From: Candidatus Rifleibacteriota bacterium
Lineage (GTDB): Bacteria; Muiribacteriota; Ozemobacteria; Ozemobacterales; Ozemobacteraceae
DNA length: 64,000 bases
Assembly: GCA_012520995.1 (NCBI GenBank)
Contig: JAAYNI010000033.1
Location: forward strand, 128,826-192,825
Reading direction: 5' to 3'
Position numbers and translations under genes: made by a program
Notes under the pieces: model-generated
Told to the model about the DNA's origin: nothing
The model's database searches: none
Seen by the model: only the letters and a program-made list of their open reading frames with translations
Part shown: positions 28,134 to 39,028 of the stretch, piece after piece
Position numbering within the stretch: position 1 is the stretch's first letter
Layout: the number at the start of each line of letters is the position of its first letter

Positions 28134-29843
28134 ATGAATAAGCTCACTGTTACCATATTAGCCGCCTTGGCTGTTTTGTTTTTTGTTAATCCGGCTGTTT
28201 ATGCATATTCCAGTAATATAGTCACAGAGTTTGTCGTTGAAGGAAATCGTATGATTGACGACAAGCTTATTCTAATGAATATTGCGACAAAAATTGGAGA
28301 TCGTTTTAATGCTGAAGCTGTGCAAAACGATATAGCCAAAATCGGTGAAATGGGCTACTTCTCCTATGTCGGAGCAGAAGCTGTTCCATATAAAAACGGT
28401 CAAAAAATAGTTTTCCATGTAGAAGAAAACGAAATCATTGGAGAAATCAGCATTAAAGGATGTACGACAGTTGAGGACAGAATCCTTAAAGATGCTATGG
28501 AGAGCAAAATAGGCACGGTTTTCAACTCAAAGCTTTTATCGCAGGATATAAGACACTTAAATGAAGCTTTGGCTAAGCAAGGCTTCTTGTTTTCAAAAGT
28601 AGTTGATGCCTATGTTCAAGACAAAGGCCGAAAAATAAATGTTAAAATAGTTGAAGGTTTTCTTACGGAAATAAGAATAGAGGGTTTGAAGCAAACTAAA
28701 GAGAAGGTTGTCAGAAGAGAACTCTCAGCCAAGCCAGGCGAAATTTATGACAACAAAAAGATTGTAAGAGACTTGCAGCGTATTTATAATTTAGGATTTT
28801 TCTCAGAAGTCAGAAGAGATCACTTGCCTGCTGATAATCCTGATGACGTTATCTTAGTGATTCATTTGGTTGAGCAGAAGACAGGCAGGGCTGGAGCGGG
28901 CGGAGGATATTCTTCTCTCAACGGTTTGGTTGGTTTTGTTACACTTTCTCAAGACAACCTTAACGGAACAGGCAGACGGGCCTATATTAGAACAGAATTC
29001 GGTGGTGTTGAAAACTATGAACTAGGGTATTTTGATCCTTGGTTCAGAGACAAACCGCAAAGTTTCGGCTTGGATTTATATAATACTGAATACACTAGAA
29101 ACCTTTATTTGTCAGGCAGCACTATAAACGAATATGATGAAAGAAGAAGAGGTGGAGCTCTGACTCTTGGAAGGCGTCTTACCCGCGATACGGATCTTTC
29201 TTTCAGATTCCGAGACGAAGATGTCGAATTGACACCTACAAGCAGTACAACGCCTATGCCGGCAGGAGCTGTTAATGGACGTTCTCAGACATTGTCCGTT
29301 ATATATGACACAGATACCAGAAATAACAGATTTAAGCCTTCAAAAGGGGTTCACGATACTTTTTGGGTTGAAACCACTGGCGGTTTTTTGAAGGGCGCGA
29401 ACCAATATACTAAATATATGCTTGCACTGAGAAGATACTATCCGATCGGATATTCTGATAAAACTGTATTTGCTGTTCAGGGCGTTTATGGAGATACTGA
29501 GGTGGGCAGCGGTTTTGTGCCTGTTTACGATATGTTTTCTGTGGGCGGCAGCAACAGTGTCAGAGGTTATGAAGAACGGGAGTTTCTTGGCACAAGAATT
29601 TTTTATGCAAACTTTGAGTTACGACATAATTTGTCTGATAATTTTGTTTTGGTGGCTTTCTATGATACGGGAAGCGCATGGGGTGATGACTACAATAAGA
29701 ATCCTATAGATTACGACAATAAGTCGGGCTATGGGATCGGCTTTAGAGTTCATACTCCTATAGGCCCAATTGCTGTTGACTATGGTAAAGCTGATGACCG
29801 AGACAGCGGAGAAACCTATATTAACTTTGGTTCGTCTTTCTGA
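28134..29843 (+). CDS. bamA: Outer membrane protein assembly factor BamA/Omp85 (about 3 POTRA)
   Basis: Signal peptide, POTRA repeats (VEGN, IKGC, IEGL..T), GGGYSS barrel start, VRGY loop 6, TPIGPI, C-terminal FGSSF. Confidence 0.93.
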   Translation: MNKLTVTILAALAVLFFVNPAVYAYSSNIVTEFVVEGNRMIDDKLILMNIATKIGDRFNAEAVQNDIAKIGEMGYFSYVGAEAVPYKNGQKIVFHVEENEIIGEISIKGCTTVEDRILKDAMESKIGTVFNSKLLSQDIRHLNEALAKQGFLFSKVVDAYVQDKGRKINVKIVEGFLTEIRIEGLKQTKEKVVRRELSAKPGEIYDNKKIVRDLQRIYNLGFFSEVRRDHLPADNPDDVILVIHLVEQKTGRAGAGGGYSSLNGLVGFVTLSQDNLNGTGRRAYIRTEFGGVENYELGYFDPWFRDKPQSFGLDLYNTEYTRNLYLSGSTINEYDERRRGGALTLGRRLTRDTDLSFRFRDEDVELTPTSSTTPMPAGAVNGRSQTLSVIYDTDTRNNRFKPSKGVHDTFWVETTGGFLKGANQYTKYMLALRRYYPIGYSDKTVFAVQGVYGDTEVGSGFVPVYDMFSVGGSNSVRGYEEREFLGTRIFYANFELRHNLSDNFVLVAFYDTGSAWGDDYNKNPIDYDNKSGYGIGFRVHTPIGPIAVDYGKADDRDSGETYINFGSSF

Positions 29844-29896
29844 TTAAAACTGAAAACTTTATAATTTGAATTTCATATTTCACACAGGAGAAACTA

Positions 29897-30457
29897 ATGA
29901 AAAGAACAATGTTCACAGCGGCTGTTTTGGCTACGATTATATTTGCTCAGCCTGCTCTTTATGCATTTGATTTTGGCACTATAGATGCAGCTAAAGTTTT
30001 TTCGAATTACTCGGAAACGATAAAAACTAAAAACCATCTTGAAGGCGAGAAGGCCAAATTGCAAAAAGAGCTGGATGAAAAAACTCAGGCTTTAAAAAAG
30101 CTTGATGATCAATATCTTTCAGTAGCAAAAAGAATTCAAGATTTTAGACTTTCAAAAAAGGAAAAAGAAGCTCAGGCACTAGAAGGCACCCTTGCAAAGC
30201 TTAGAGAAGAAATTTCCAAGAAAAACAGCGAAACAAAAGAATTTTTTGAAACTTCACAAAAAGCCTTGTATGAGCTTGAAAATAACAAGATGAACGATCT
30301 GAGCAAAAAACTGGATACAAACGTTGAAAAGGTTGTTGCTCAGTTGGCTAGAAAATATAAGCTTAAAGCAGTTCTTGAAAAAAGAAACTTTTACTGGTCA
30401 GATAAAGATGCTGTAAAAGATCTTACAGACGAAGTTCTTGCAAATATTAACAAATAA
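29897..30457 (+). CDS. skp: OmpH/Skp periplasmic chaperone
   Basis: Signal peptide, FGTIDAAKVF, coiled coil, DLTDEVL; follows bamA. Confidence 0.88.
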   Translation: MKRTMFTAAVLATIIFAQPALYAFDFGTIDAAKVFSNYSETIKTKNHLEGEKAKLQKELDEKTQALKKLDDQYLSVAKRIQDFRLSKKEKEAQALEGTLAKLREEISKKNSETKEFFETSQKALYELENNKMNDLSKKLDTNVEKVVAQLARKYKLKAVLEKRNFYWSDKDAVKDLTDEVLANINK

Positions 30458-30458
30458 G

Positions 30459-31505
30459 ATGAGTCGGTCTGAAAAATATCTGACGATTGAAGCCGTAGCT
30501 GAGCTGGTAGGCGGAAAAATTCTGCAAAAAGGCGCTTCCGATCTGCTTATTAAAGGTATTGGTTCTATTTATGAAGCTAAAGAAGGCGAAATAACCTTTG
30601 CTGCAGAACTCAATCTAGCTAAAACTGTTCTGAAGCAGTCAGGTTCATTAAAAGCTTCAGCATTGATTGTTCCCGAAGGTCTTGATGAGGTTCCTTTCAT
30701 ACCTTCGGTTGAGGTTAAAAATCCGCATTTGGCTCTGGCAGCTTTGCTTAATCATTTCCATAAGGAAACCCTGCCTTCTGCACACATTGATCCTTCGGCT
30801 TCAGTTTCAGATAAGGCGACAGTTTCGCCTGATGCGGTTGTAGGACCGCTTTGTGTTATAGAAGAAGGAGCGGTTATAGAAGAGGGCGTTTGGTTGAAAG
30901 CTCAAGTCTATATTGGCAAAAATGCCAGGGTAGGCAAAGATTCTGTGCTATATCCTGGAGTAAGATTGCTTGATGCTTGTGCAGTAGGCGAGCGTTGTAT
31001 TCTTCATGCTAATGCTGTGATTGGCTCAGATGGTTTTGGTTTTGTTAAAGACGGTGAAAAACAGATCAAGGTGCTTCAGGTTGGAAACGTGCTTTTGGGC
31101 AATGACGTAGAAGTAGGTGCTTGCACCACGATTGACAGAGCCACAATGAATACAACTCACATCAAGGACGGAGTTAAACTGGATAACTTGGTTCATATAG
31201 CTCACAACTGTATTATAGGTGAAAATTCTATGATCATGGCGCTGGCGGCTTTGGCAGGAAGCACTATTTTTGAGGAAGGTGTAATTTTTGCTGGGCAATC
31301 AGGCACTAGCGGGCACATTACTTTAGGTAAAGGCTCAGTGATTGTTGGCAGAAGCGGAGTTACCAAAAATGTGCCTCCTGGTAGCTTTATGTCAGGTTTT
31401 CCGCTAAGGCCTCATGCAGAAGAAAGACGAATTAAAGCTTCTTTGACATATTTGCCCGATTTGGTAAAAAGAGTTGCAGCTTTAGAAAAAAAACAGAAAG
31501 AATGA
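30459..31505 (+). CDS. lpxD: UDP-3-O-acylglucosamine N-acyltransferase
   Basis: Hexapeptide repeats, GSDGFGF, IDRA, KLDNLVHIAHNC. Confidence 0.95.
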   Translation: MSRSEKYLTIEAVAELVGGKILQKGASDLLIKGIGSIYEAKEGEITFAAELNLAKTVLKQSGSLKASALIVPEGLDEVPFIPSVEVKNPHLALAALLNHFHKETLPSAHIDPSASVSDKATVSPDAVVGPLCVIEEGAVIEEGVWLKAQVYIGKNARVGKDSVLYPGVRLLDACAVGERCILHANAVIGSDGFGFVKDGEKQIKVLQVGNVLLGNDVEVGACTTIDRATMNTTHIKDGVKLDNLVHIAHNCIIGENSMIMALAALAGSTIFEEGVIFAGQSGTSGHITLGKGSVIVGRSGVTKNVPPGSFMSGFPLRPHAEERRIKASLTYLPDLVKRVAALEKKQKE

Positions 31506-31516
31506 ATTAGCTCTCT

Positions 31517-32152
31517 ATGAAAAGATATTTGGCAAACGTTCTTTTACTAACCATTGCTTTTGTTTTTTCTTTTTCGACGCTTTTTGCGGCTGATGCTCCT
31601 TTATCTGAAAGACTTAGATATTTAGGCTCGGGTTTAATATCTGCTCCAAACGCTTATGTTTCTTCTGTTATGTCTTATACATTTAATGAAGATGCTAAGT
31701 TTATTGCAATATCGGCTCCCGTAATTCCGGAAACTTTTGAAGTATCTGTATATAGGCCTACAAAGGGCGAGTATAAAAACGAGAGTGTTTACAACTTCAA
31801 ATTGGCCTTGATAAAAGAGCAGGGATTTATACCTACTTTGGTCTATGGTATGGCGGATGTTTCGGAAGAGCTTGGAGATCGAATACATTATGTGGCTCTT
31901 TCCAAAACTCTAGATGCTTTTGCTTTGTCCATGACAGCAGGAGCTTATGAAGATCCTGTTGATTCTAAAGGCAAGATGTTTTACTCGGTTGATAAAGTAA
32001 TTTTTCCGCTTTTAACTGTAATGGCGGAAAGAGTCGACGACGTAGATGCCTATGGTTTACGGTTAAGCCCTTATCCTGGAATAAATCTAGACTATGCCAG
32101 AAGAAATAAAAACGAGGATTTTTTCAGGATTTCTTTTCAACACACTTTTTAA
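31517..32152 (+). CDS. Hypothetical exported beta-rich protein (YjbH-like outer-membrane candidate)
   Basis: Signal peptide, GSGLISAPNAY, amphipathic strands, C-terminal RISFQHTF. Confidence 0.6.
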   Translation: MKRYLANVLLLTIAFVFSFSTLFAADAPLSERLRYLGSGLISAPNAYVSSVMSYTFNEDAKFIAISAPVIPETFEVSVYRPTKGEYKNESVYNFKLALIKEQGFIPTLVYGMADVSEELGDRIHYVALSKTLDAFALSMTAGAYEDPVDSKGKMFYSVDKVIFPLLTVMAERVDDVDAYGLRLSPYPGINLDYARRNKNEDFFRISFQHTF

Positions 32153-33024
32153 TGACTGATTATCAAAACACCCTGGATGGAACTCGCACAGTCTCTGGAA
32201 TAGGACTGCATACGGGCGAACAGGTGAAAATGACTTTTTCTCCTGCTCCTCCTGACAGCGGTATTCAGTTTGTAATTAAAGGATCTTCACTCTCTTCCAA
32301 GCCTATAAAAGCTTATTATAAAAATGTAAGCGGTACCAATCGTGGAACAACGTTAACCGAGAATTCTTCCTCAGTACATACTGTCGAACATGTTTTGGCT
32401 GCTTTATATGCTAATAACATAGACAATGCCTTGGTGACTCTTTCTGCTTCAGAGCCGCCAATTTGTGACGGAAGCGCAATAGAATTTGTTTCTATGATCG
32501 CTTCTGTAGGTATTAAAAAGCAGGAAGTCAAAGCTAAAGTATTGACTTTGGATAAACCGTTCATTTTTGAGGAAAAGGGCAAATCTCTAAAATATTTTCC
32601 ATCAGATAAATTTGAGGTTGTTTTTTCTCTGGCTTATGATGACAAGATTTTACCAGATCAAACCTTTTCGGCAATAATCACGCCGCAAAAATTCAATAGC
32701 TTAATTTCGCGGGCTCGCACTTTTGGCTTTGAACATGAGTTCGATATGCTTAAACAGCATAACTTGGCTCTTGGAGGCTCTTTGGAAAATGCAGTTATAA
32801 TCAATAGAGATGGAACTGTTCGAAATCCAGAAGGATTGCGCTTCCCGGAGGAGCTGGTTGTTCACAAGGTATTAGACCTTATAGGAGATTTTTCTTTGCT
32901 CGGTATGAGAATTTTGGGCAAAATAGAAGCATTTAAAAGCGGACATGCTTTTAATCAAGCGTTTGTTAAACAGCTTTTTGAAGAGTTTGCAAATACAAAT
33001 GAAAACAAAGGAGTTTTTCTATGA
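32152..33024 (+). CDS. lpxC: UDP-3-O-acyl-GlcNAc deacetylase
   Basis: [38 protein letters not shown]. Confidence 0.96.
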   Translation: MTDYQNTLDGTRTVSGIGLHTGEQVKMTFSPAPPDSGIQFVIKGSSLSSKPIKAYYKNVSGTNRGTTLTENSSSVHTVEHVLAALYANNIDNALVTLSASEPPICDGSAIEFVSMIASVGIKKQEVKAKVLTLDKPFIFEEKGKSLKYFPSDKFEVVFSLAYDDKILPDQTFSAIITPQKFNSLISRARTFGFEHEFDMLKQHNLALGGSLENAVIINRDGTVRNPEGLRFPEELVVHKVLDLIGDFSLLGMRILGKIEAFKSGHAFNQAFVKQLFEEFANTNENKGVFL

Positions 33025-33443
33025 TGAATATAGAGGAAATTAAAGAGATATTACCCCATAGATTTCCTTTTTTATTGGTTGACCGTGTTTTGGAAGTTGA
33101 ACCTGGAAAATCGATAAAGGCCTTTAAAAATGTGACTGCCAACGAAATGCTATTTCTTGGGCATTTCCCTCATTATTCAGTCATGCCTGGCGTCTTGATT
33201 GTAGAAGCCATGGCTCAAGCATCAGCTGTGATGTTTTTAGCTCAAGAAGAACATAAAGGCAAGACTCCATTTTTTGCAGGAATTGACAAACTTAAATTCA
33301 GAAAACAAGTTGTGCCTGGAGACAGGTTGGATTTTGAAGCGGTGGTTCTCAGAACAAGAGGTGTTACTGCGAAAATAGCGGTAAAAGCTTATGTCGATGG
33401 AGTTCTTGCTTGCGATGGCGAAATGCTTTGCCAGTTGCTTTAA
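33021..33443 (+). CDS. fabZ: 3-hydroxyacyl-ACP dehydratase
   Basis: [27 protein letters not shown]. Confidence 0.97.
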   Translation: MMNIEEIKEILPHRFPFLLVDRVLEVEPGKSIKAFKNVTANEMLFLGHFPHYSVMPGVLIVEAMAQASAVMFLAQEEHKGKTPFFAGIDKLKFRKQVVPGDRLDFEAVVLRTRGVTAKIAVKAYVDGVLACDGEMLCQLL

Positions 33444-33457
33444 TCGGAGAAAAATAA

Positions 33458-34282
33458 ATGACAATTCATCCAACTGCCATTATTCATGAAGGTGCTGACT
33501 TAGCTCAAGGAGTAACTGTAGGTCCTTATTCAATAATAGGGGCTAATGTGAAAATAGGCGAGGGCACCATAATAGGCTCTTCAGCTCGTGTTGTCGGCAA
33601 TACAGAGATAGGCAAAAACAATATCATACATGATTATGTTTATATAGGCGGCTTGCCTCAAGATACAAAGTTTAGCGGTGAAAAGAGTTATATCAGAATA
33701 GGCGATGGCAACCAGATAAGAGAATTTACTACAATTCATCTTGCAAAAGGAGAAGGAGAATTAACTGTTCTGGGAAACAACAATTTTCTTATGTCTTATT
33801 CTCATGTCGCCCATAATTGCGTCTTGGGAAACAATATAATTATGTCCAACAATTCCACTTTGGCTGGACATGTTACTTTAGATGATAATGTTGTAATAGG
33901 CGGCCTTTCTGGTGTTCACCAGTTTTGCAGAATAGGAAAAATGGTTATGGTTGGTGGTATGACCAAGGTTACCAAGGACGTTGCCCCATTTCTTAAAATA
34001 GATGGCAACCCTCCTAGCTTGGCAGGATTAAACTCTGTCGGTCTCAGAAGAAATGGAGTTCCTGAAGCGTCTCTGAAAAACCTTAAGCATCTTTATAAAG
34101 TTGTATTTATGAATAAAGAGATGAATCTTTCGCAAATTTTAGAAAGATGGGAAGAATTAGTAGCTTATCAAGATCCTTATATTCAATATTTCAAAGAGTT
34201 TGCTAAAAATTCCAAGCGCGGTATTTATTGGAAAAGCGGTCTAGACGGTTCCTTAAAAGCAACAGATACAGACTCTCAGTGA
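33458..34282 (+). CDS. lpxA: Acyl-ACP--UDP-GlcNAc O-acyltransferase
   Basis: IHPTAII, PQD, IREFTTIH, HVAHNC, LAGHV, HQFCRIG, LNSVGLRR. Confidence 0.96.
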   Translation: MTIHPTAIIHEGADLAQGVTVGPYSIIGANVKIGEGTIIGSSARVVGNTEIGKNNIIHDYVYIGGLPQDTKFSGEKSYIRIGDGNQIREFTTIHLAKGEGELTVLGNNNFLMSYSHVAHNCVLGNNIIMSNNSTLAGHVTLDDNVVIGGLSGVHQFCRIGKMVMVGGMTKVTKDVAPFLKIDGNPPSLAGLNSVGLRRNGVPEASLKNLKHLYKVVFMNKEMNLSQILERWEELVAYQDPYIQYFKEFAKNSKRGIYWKSGLDGSLKATDTDSQ

Positions 34283-34349
34283 GTGGTCAGTGACGAATCT
34301 GCTTCTTAGCTGCAGTTATAAATAAATAATTACAAACACTTAAAACATT

Positions 34350-34402
34350 AAAAAAAACAGCCCTGTAGACATATTTTTTATCTATTGGCAGGGCTGTTTT
34401 TT
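34350..34402. terminator. Bidirectional intrinsic terminator between lpxA and MCP
   Basis: aaaaaaaacagccctg...cagggctgtttttt. Confidence 0.8.
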
Positions 34403-34471
34403 CTTGTCTTTAATTAGAAGCTTAAAGCAGTTATTGGTGAATCTTTAATTTTTATATGTCGTGCTAGATTT

Positions 34472-36223
34472 TCAGTTCTTGTCGTTTCCTGAAATTGTAA
34501 ATCGGGAAACAAGCATGTGCATTTCATCAGCTAGAGCAGCCAAGTCTTCAGTTGCATTTGAAACTTGTGAAACAGTGGCTGTTTGTTGTTCTACCGAATT
34601 TGCTACTACGCTAAGTCTGTCAGAAGTTGTTTTTGTAATAGAAGAAATTTCTTCAATTGTTTTAGACATAACAAGCGAGTTTTCGGATTGTTCTTGAGCA
34701 ACAGCGTTGATCTCGGTAATTTTGTTTTTTACGTCGTCCACGTTGATTATTATGCTGTCGAGGTTATCAGCCACTTCTCTTACGACTTTTAAACCGTCGT
34801 CAACCCTTGCTCTGCCGACTGACATTGAATCTACGGCGTTTTGCGTTTTAATCAGTATGTCTTCAATTTTAATAGAAATAGCTTCGGCGGCATCAGCCGA
34901 TTCTTCTGCCAGTTTTCTTACTTCGCTCGCAACTACTTTAAAACCGCTGCCTTGATCTCCGGCTTTTGCCGCTTCGATAGCTGCATTAAGGGCAAGGAGG
35001 TTGGTTTGGCCTGAAATGCCGGAAATGGTATTAGCTATTTCGCTGATTTGCAAAGAAGCGGAGTTGAGTTCTTGAATGACTTGAGTTGCCAAGTCAACCG
35101 ATTCTTTTATTTTAACTATCATACTGACAGATCTTTTTACTGTTTTCCCGCCATTGTCAGCGACCTCTGTAGTATGTAAAACAGCCTTGACAGCCTCATC
35201 AGAAAGATTGGCGACTTTCTGTACTGATTCAGAAAAGTGGTCTAGGGAGAGAGAGGTTCTCTGGAGGTTATCAGCGATCTCCATAGAGGACTTGTTTACG
35301 TCGTTGACGTTTTTGGAAATATCTACCAAGGTTGCAGCAGATTGAACTGAAGCTGAGGAAAGCTCTTGAGAAGAGGTAGCCAAGTTGTCGCTTGTGCCAA
35401 GAACTTTGAAAATTGCGTTTCCTATAGCAGTCATCATGTTATTGAAACTGTCACCGAGAAGAGCAAACTCGTCTCTGGTGGCAAATTCAAGTCTTGTATC
35501 AAGGTAGCCGCGTTCTGCTTGCGCCATAGAGGCAGAAAGTTGTGATAGAGGCTTGGATATTCTGCTGGCGATAAAGAATCCGAAAGCTATTATAAAAACT
35601 GCAACAATTATTAAAAGAGCTATAGTGAGACCGTAGGAAAGTGAAAACATGCGTTTAATGTCAATTCCCAAAGTTCGATCCAGCTGTCCTTTCACGGCAG
35701 TAGTTATGCTTTGAGCTTGAGCAGTGGCTAGCAGCATATTGCTTTCAAGCTCAGACAGCAGAGCTTGTTCGGGCGGGGGGGGATTCTTTTGTTTTTTGTT
35801 GGTTTCTATGTAGTTGTTGATTGCGTTTGTGTAATTTTCCATGTAATTAAGCAAATTGTTTTTGTGAAGTTTTGCGTTGGCAACTTTTGCAATCAAAGGG
35901 TCTTCAATATGTTTAGAGAGAAGAGAGATTTGCTCGTTTAAGGAATACTCCAAATCGTCAAGGATATTCACTAAGTTATCTATTTTGATTGGGCGTCTTG
36001 TAACGGAAAACTCTTTCAGCAGCTCCTTGTGCTTTTCAGAGAAAATCGCAGGCAATTCGCTTGAGGAGGAAATTATCAAAGGAATATAGGAGACCTGCAT
36101 GGAGTTTGTTATGCCCTTGAGCTTCTGCATGTTGTAAATAGAAAAAGTGAGAGCTCCGAACATAAGAAGAGCTAAAGCTATCAAGCCTATGAAGAATTTT
36201 GTGCTGACTTTCAGGTTTTTCAT
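34472..36223 (-). CDS. Methyl-accepting chemotaxis protein
   Basis: 2 [41 protein letters not shown] hairpin tip. Confidence 0.96.
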   Translation of the reverse strand: MKNLKVSTKFFIGLIALALLMFGALTFSIYNMQKLKGITNSMQVSYIPLIISSSSELPAIFSEKHKELLKEFSVTRRPIKIDNLVNILDDLEYSLNEQISLLSKHIEDPLIAKVANAKLHKNNLLNYMENYTNAINNYIETNKKQKNPPPPEQALLSELESNMLLATAQAQSITTAVKGQLDRTLGIDIKRMFSLSYGLTIALLIIVAVFIIAFGFFIASRISKPLSQLSASMAQAERGYLDTRLEFATRDEFALLGDSFNNMMTAIGNAIFKVLGTSDNLATSSQELSSASVQSAATLVDISKNVNDVNKSSMEIADNLQRTSLSLDHFSESVQKVANLSDEAVKAVLHTTEVADNGGKTVKRSVSMIVKIKESVDLATQVIQELNSASLQISEIANTISGISGQTNLLALNAAIEAAKAGDQGSGFKVVASEVRKLAEESADAAEAISIKIEDILIKTQNAVDSMSVGRARVDDGLKVVREVADNLDSIIINVDDVKNKITEINAVAQEQSENSLVMSKTIEEISSITKTTSDRLSVVANSVEQQTATVSQVSNATEDLAALADEMHMLVSRFTISGNDKN

Positions 36224-37314
36224 TTTGGCTTTCCGCTTTTATTGAATATTTTTGCAGTGACATCAAACTTTGGCATAAAGATTTCTTCAAAGGTTCTAAT
36301 GGCACAATCGTCAGTCATACTGGCTAAATGATCTATTAATAGCCTGTTGAAAGATGTTTTATCATCGGGAGCTTTGTTGATTTTTTTTAAGAGAACATCT
36401 TGGTTTTTTATATAATATTCAGCTATTTGTCTCAAGAGATTTTTAGCTTTTTGTGTCGGAACGTCAAGCACTGGGTTCATATAAACATTTTCAAACATGA
36501 ATTTCTTAAGCTTTTCGGTAGCTTCTTCCATAGGCTGGCTCATCTTAATTAATGGGGAGTCTTGGCTGTTATCAATTATATCCTTGATCATTTTGTGGAT
36601 GCGCACAGAATGTCTTGTGCCTAGAAAGTCTATTAAGTCTTTAGGAAGCTCTTCGTTGCATACCACTCCTGCTCTTAAAGCGTCATCCAAGTCGTGGTTA
36701 AGATAGGCAATCAAGTCTGCGATTCGGACAACCTGAGCTTCTACAGTCAATGGCTTGTTTGAATTTTCGTCATAAAAAGCTTTGCCTTTTTGGCCTTTGC
36801 TGTGTTTTAAAACTCCGTCGATAACTTCTTTTGTCAGGTTAAGCCCCTTGCCTTTTTTTTCAAGTTTTGTTAAAACCCTAACACCGTGAGTGGCGTGATG
36901 GAAGCCTGAATCGCTCAATTCGTTTAAAACAGCCTCGCCGCCATGCCCGAATGGCGTATGTCCTATGTCATGGGCAAAGGCTATGGCTTCAGTCAGGTCT
37001 GAGTTGAGTGAGAGACATCTGGCTATAGAACGGGCTGTGCAGAATACTTCCAGGGTATGTGTAAGCCTGGTTCTGAAGTGATCATTGTTTGGAGAGAGAA
37101 AAGCCTGCGTCTTATGCTTGAGCAGTCTAAAAGAGTTGCTGTGGATAATTCTGTCAACGTCTCTTTGAAAATCTGTTCTGATAAAGCAGGCTTTTTCCGG
37201 ATGTTCTCTGCCAAGGCTGGCAGAGGCGAGACAGGCGTGCTTGGATAGAGAGGCGGCTTCTATTTTTTCGAAGCCGACTCTGATAGAGTCATTGTCTGTC
37301 ACGCGTTGTATCAT
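36220..37314 (-). CDS. dgt: Deoxyguanosinetriphosphate triphosphohydrolase (short HD family)
   Basis: [52 protein letters not shown]. Confidence 0.93.
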   Translation of the reverse strand: MIQRVTDNDSIRVGFEKIEAASLSKHACLASASLGREHPEKACFIRTDFQRDVDRIIHSNSFRLLKHKTQAFLSPNNDHFRTRLTHTLEVFCTARSIARCLSLNSDLTEAIAFAHDIGHTPFGHGGEAVLNELSDSGFHHATHGVRVLTKLEKKGKGLNLTKEVIDGVLKHSKGQKGKAFYDENSNKPLTVEAQVVRIADLIAYLNHDLDDALRAGVVCNEELPKDLIDFLGTRHSVRIHKMIKDIIDNSQDSPLIKMSQPMEEATEKLKKFMFENVYMNPVLDVPTQKAKNLLRQIAEYYIKNQDVLLKKINKAPDDKTSFNRLLIDHLASMTDDCAIRTFEEIFMPKFDVTAKIFNKSGKPK

Positions 37315-37327
37315 AGGTTAGAGGAAA

Positions 37328-38632
37328 TCAGGAAATTATATCCAGTACCAGTTTAGGTTTTTCTACTTTCTCTGGAGTTATTTCTACGGCAGATTTGAGT
37401 TTTTCCAAGGCACCTGCAGCATTTTGTCCAGGATTTACAAAGAGAGTGGCTATCACATCGCCTTTAGTTACTTTGTCGCCTACGTGTTTGACGAGTTTTA
37501 AGCCTACACCCATATCAATAACGGAATCTTTGGTTTCTCTGCCTGCGCCAAGCATCATTCCGGCTATGCCTACAGCTTCGCACTGGATTTTTTTGATATA
37601 TCCGTCTTTTTCAGCTTTAAATTCAGCTCTTGCAGTGGCTAAGGGCATTTTGGAGTAGTCTTCTACCATTGAAACGTCGCCGCCTTGGAATTTTACCATT
37701 TCAAGGAACTTGTTGTAGGCGGAGCCGTCGGACAAGACGCGCTTAACTTCGTTAATTGCGTTTTCTTCAGTTATAGAAGGGTCTTTTTGCTTCAGAGCTT
37801 CTGCGCACAGAACTTCAACTAGTTCTGTGAATACCTTGGGACCTTTGTTTTGCAAAGTATCTATAGCTTCCATGACTTCGCAAGAGTTGCCTACCATCTC
37901 TCCGAGAGGTTCGTCCATGTTGGTGAGAACCGCAGTTACTTTTCTGCCGGCTATTTTGCCTATTCCTACCATGGCTTTTGCCAATGTTCTGGCGCTTGCC
38001 AAGTCTTTCATAAAGGCACCGCTTCCGACTTTTACGTCCAAAACGAGGCCATCGTTTTCAACTGCGAGCTTCTTAGACATTATGGAAGAGGCGATAAGCG
38101 GTACTGAGTCTACGGTGGCGGTTACGTCTCTCAATGCGTAGATTTTTTTGTCAGCAGGAACCAAGTTTCCTGTTTGACCTACTATTACTACGCCGAATTT
38201 GTTTACGGCTTCTATTAATTGCTCGGGAGAGAGTTCAGTGGAAAAACCTTTGATAGCTTCAAGCTTATCTATGGTTCCGCCAGTGTGACCTAAACCTCTG
38301 CCAGACATTTTGGCTACTTTCATTCCCAATGCTGCGAGAACAGGACCCAATACTAAACTGGTTTTGTCACCGACTCCGCCTGTTGAGTGTTTGTCCACGG
38401 TGAAACCCTTTATCTTGTCTAGCTTGATTATGTCACCGCTGGTTCTCATACATTCTGTCAGCTGATAGGTTTCTTCATCATCCATGCCGTTGAAAAATAC
38501 GGACATAAGAAACGCTGACATTTGATAATCCGGAACAGTTCCGTCTACAAAACCTTTCACCATGAAAGATATTTCTTTTTGAGAAAGTTTTTCTTTGTCT
38601 CTTTTTTTCTTTATGATGTCATAAGCTCTCAT
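37328..38632 (-). CDS. pdp: Pyrimidine-nucleoside (thymidine) phosphorylase
   Basis: DKHSTGGVGDK, KMSGRGLGHTGGTIDKLE, YALRDVTATV, DVKVGSGAFMK. Confidence 0.96.
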   Translation of the reverse strand: MRAYDIIKKKRDKEKLSQKEISFMVKGFVDGTVPDYQMSAFLMSVFFNGMDDEETYQLTECMRTSGDIIKLDKIKGFTVDKHSTGGVGDKTSLVLGPVLAALGMKVAKMSGRGLGHTGGTIDKLEAIKGFSTELSPEQLIEAVNKFGVVIVGQTGNLVPADKKIYALRDVTATVDSVPLIASSIMSKKLAVENDGLVLDVKVGSGAFMKDLASARTLAKAMVGIGKIAGRKVTAVLTNMDEPLGEMVGNSCEVMEAIDTLQNKGPKVFTELVEVLCAEALKQKDPSITEENAINEVKRVLSDGSAYNKFLEMVKFQGGDVSMVEDYSKMPLATARAEFKAEKDGYIKKIQCEAVGIAGMMLGAGRETKDSVIDMGVGLKLVKHVGDKVTKGDVIATLFVNPGQNAAGALEKLKSAVEITPEKVEKPKLVLDIIS

Positions 38633-38666
38633 AATAGTGCGTCATCACCTTTCCTGTGTTGTTTTG

Positions 38667-38945
38667 TTATTTTTTGATTCTCATCAATCTGATAAGGTTG
38701 CAACTGAAGCATTTGTCAAAATACTCACATCCGCCGCATTTTTCTTGCCACTCGGGTCTGTCAATACGCATGCCTTCATAGGTCATACCGATGGTGTTCC
38801 ATTTGCCGAAATAGTCAGTGCCAAAGCATTTTGGAAGTTCGCCTGGCTCGGATTCTTTCATTCTCCTGATTCTAGGAGCTTCGGCAGATAGAGAGTGCTC
38901 TGATTTGGCTGGGCCGCCTATAGTTGTAGGGATTGTTAAACTCAT
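38667..38945 (-). CDS. Small Cys-rich hypothetical protein
   Basis: AGGAG RBS; CFG...CGGC...CFSC. Confidence 0.7.
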   Translation of the reverse strand: MSLTIPTTIGGPAKSEHSLSAEAPRIRRMKESEPGELPKCFGTDYFGKWNTIGMTYEGMRIDRPEWQEKCGGCEYFDKCFSCNLIRLMRIKK

Positions 38946-39028
38946 GTGTATTTACTCCTGGCAATTGAATTGGCAAGAACAATGATAACATATATCAGCT
39001 TTATTGTGTAATTTAATGGGTTTTCTGA

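Noticed and set aside
5772..32651. Recurrent 11-mer gacaagatttt at 5772, 28061 and 32641
   Set aside because: One copy is coding and the flanks differ; plausible by chance in AT-rich DNA.
35775..35782. G8 run in the MCP gene
   Set aside because: In frame, encoding a poly-Pro stretch; too short alone to argue for phase variation.
37140..37148. DnaA-box match TGTGGATAA
   Set aside because: Single copy inside dgt coding sequence; no oriC-like cluster seen.
36220..37314. dGTPase as an anti-phage defence gene
   Set aside because: Short housekeeping-type enzyme in a salvage context with no defence or mobile neighbours.
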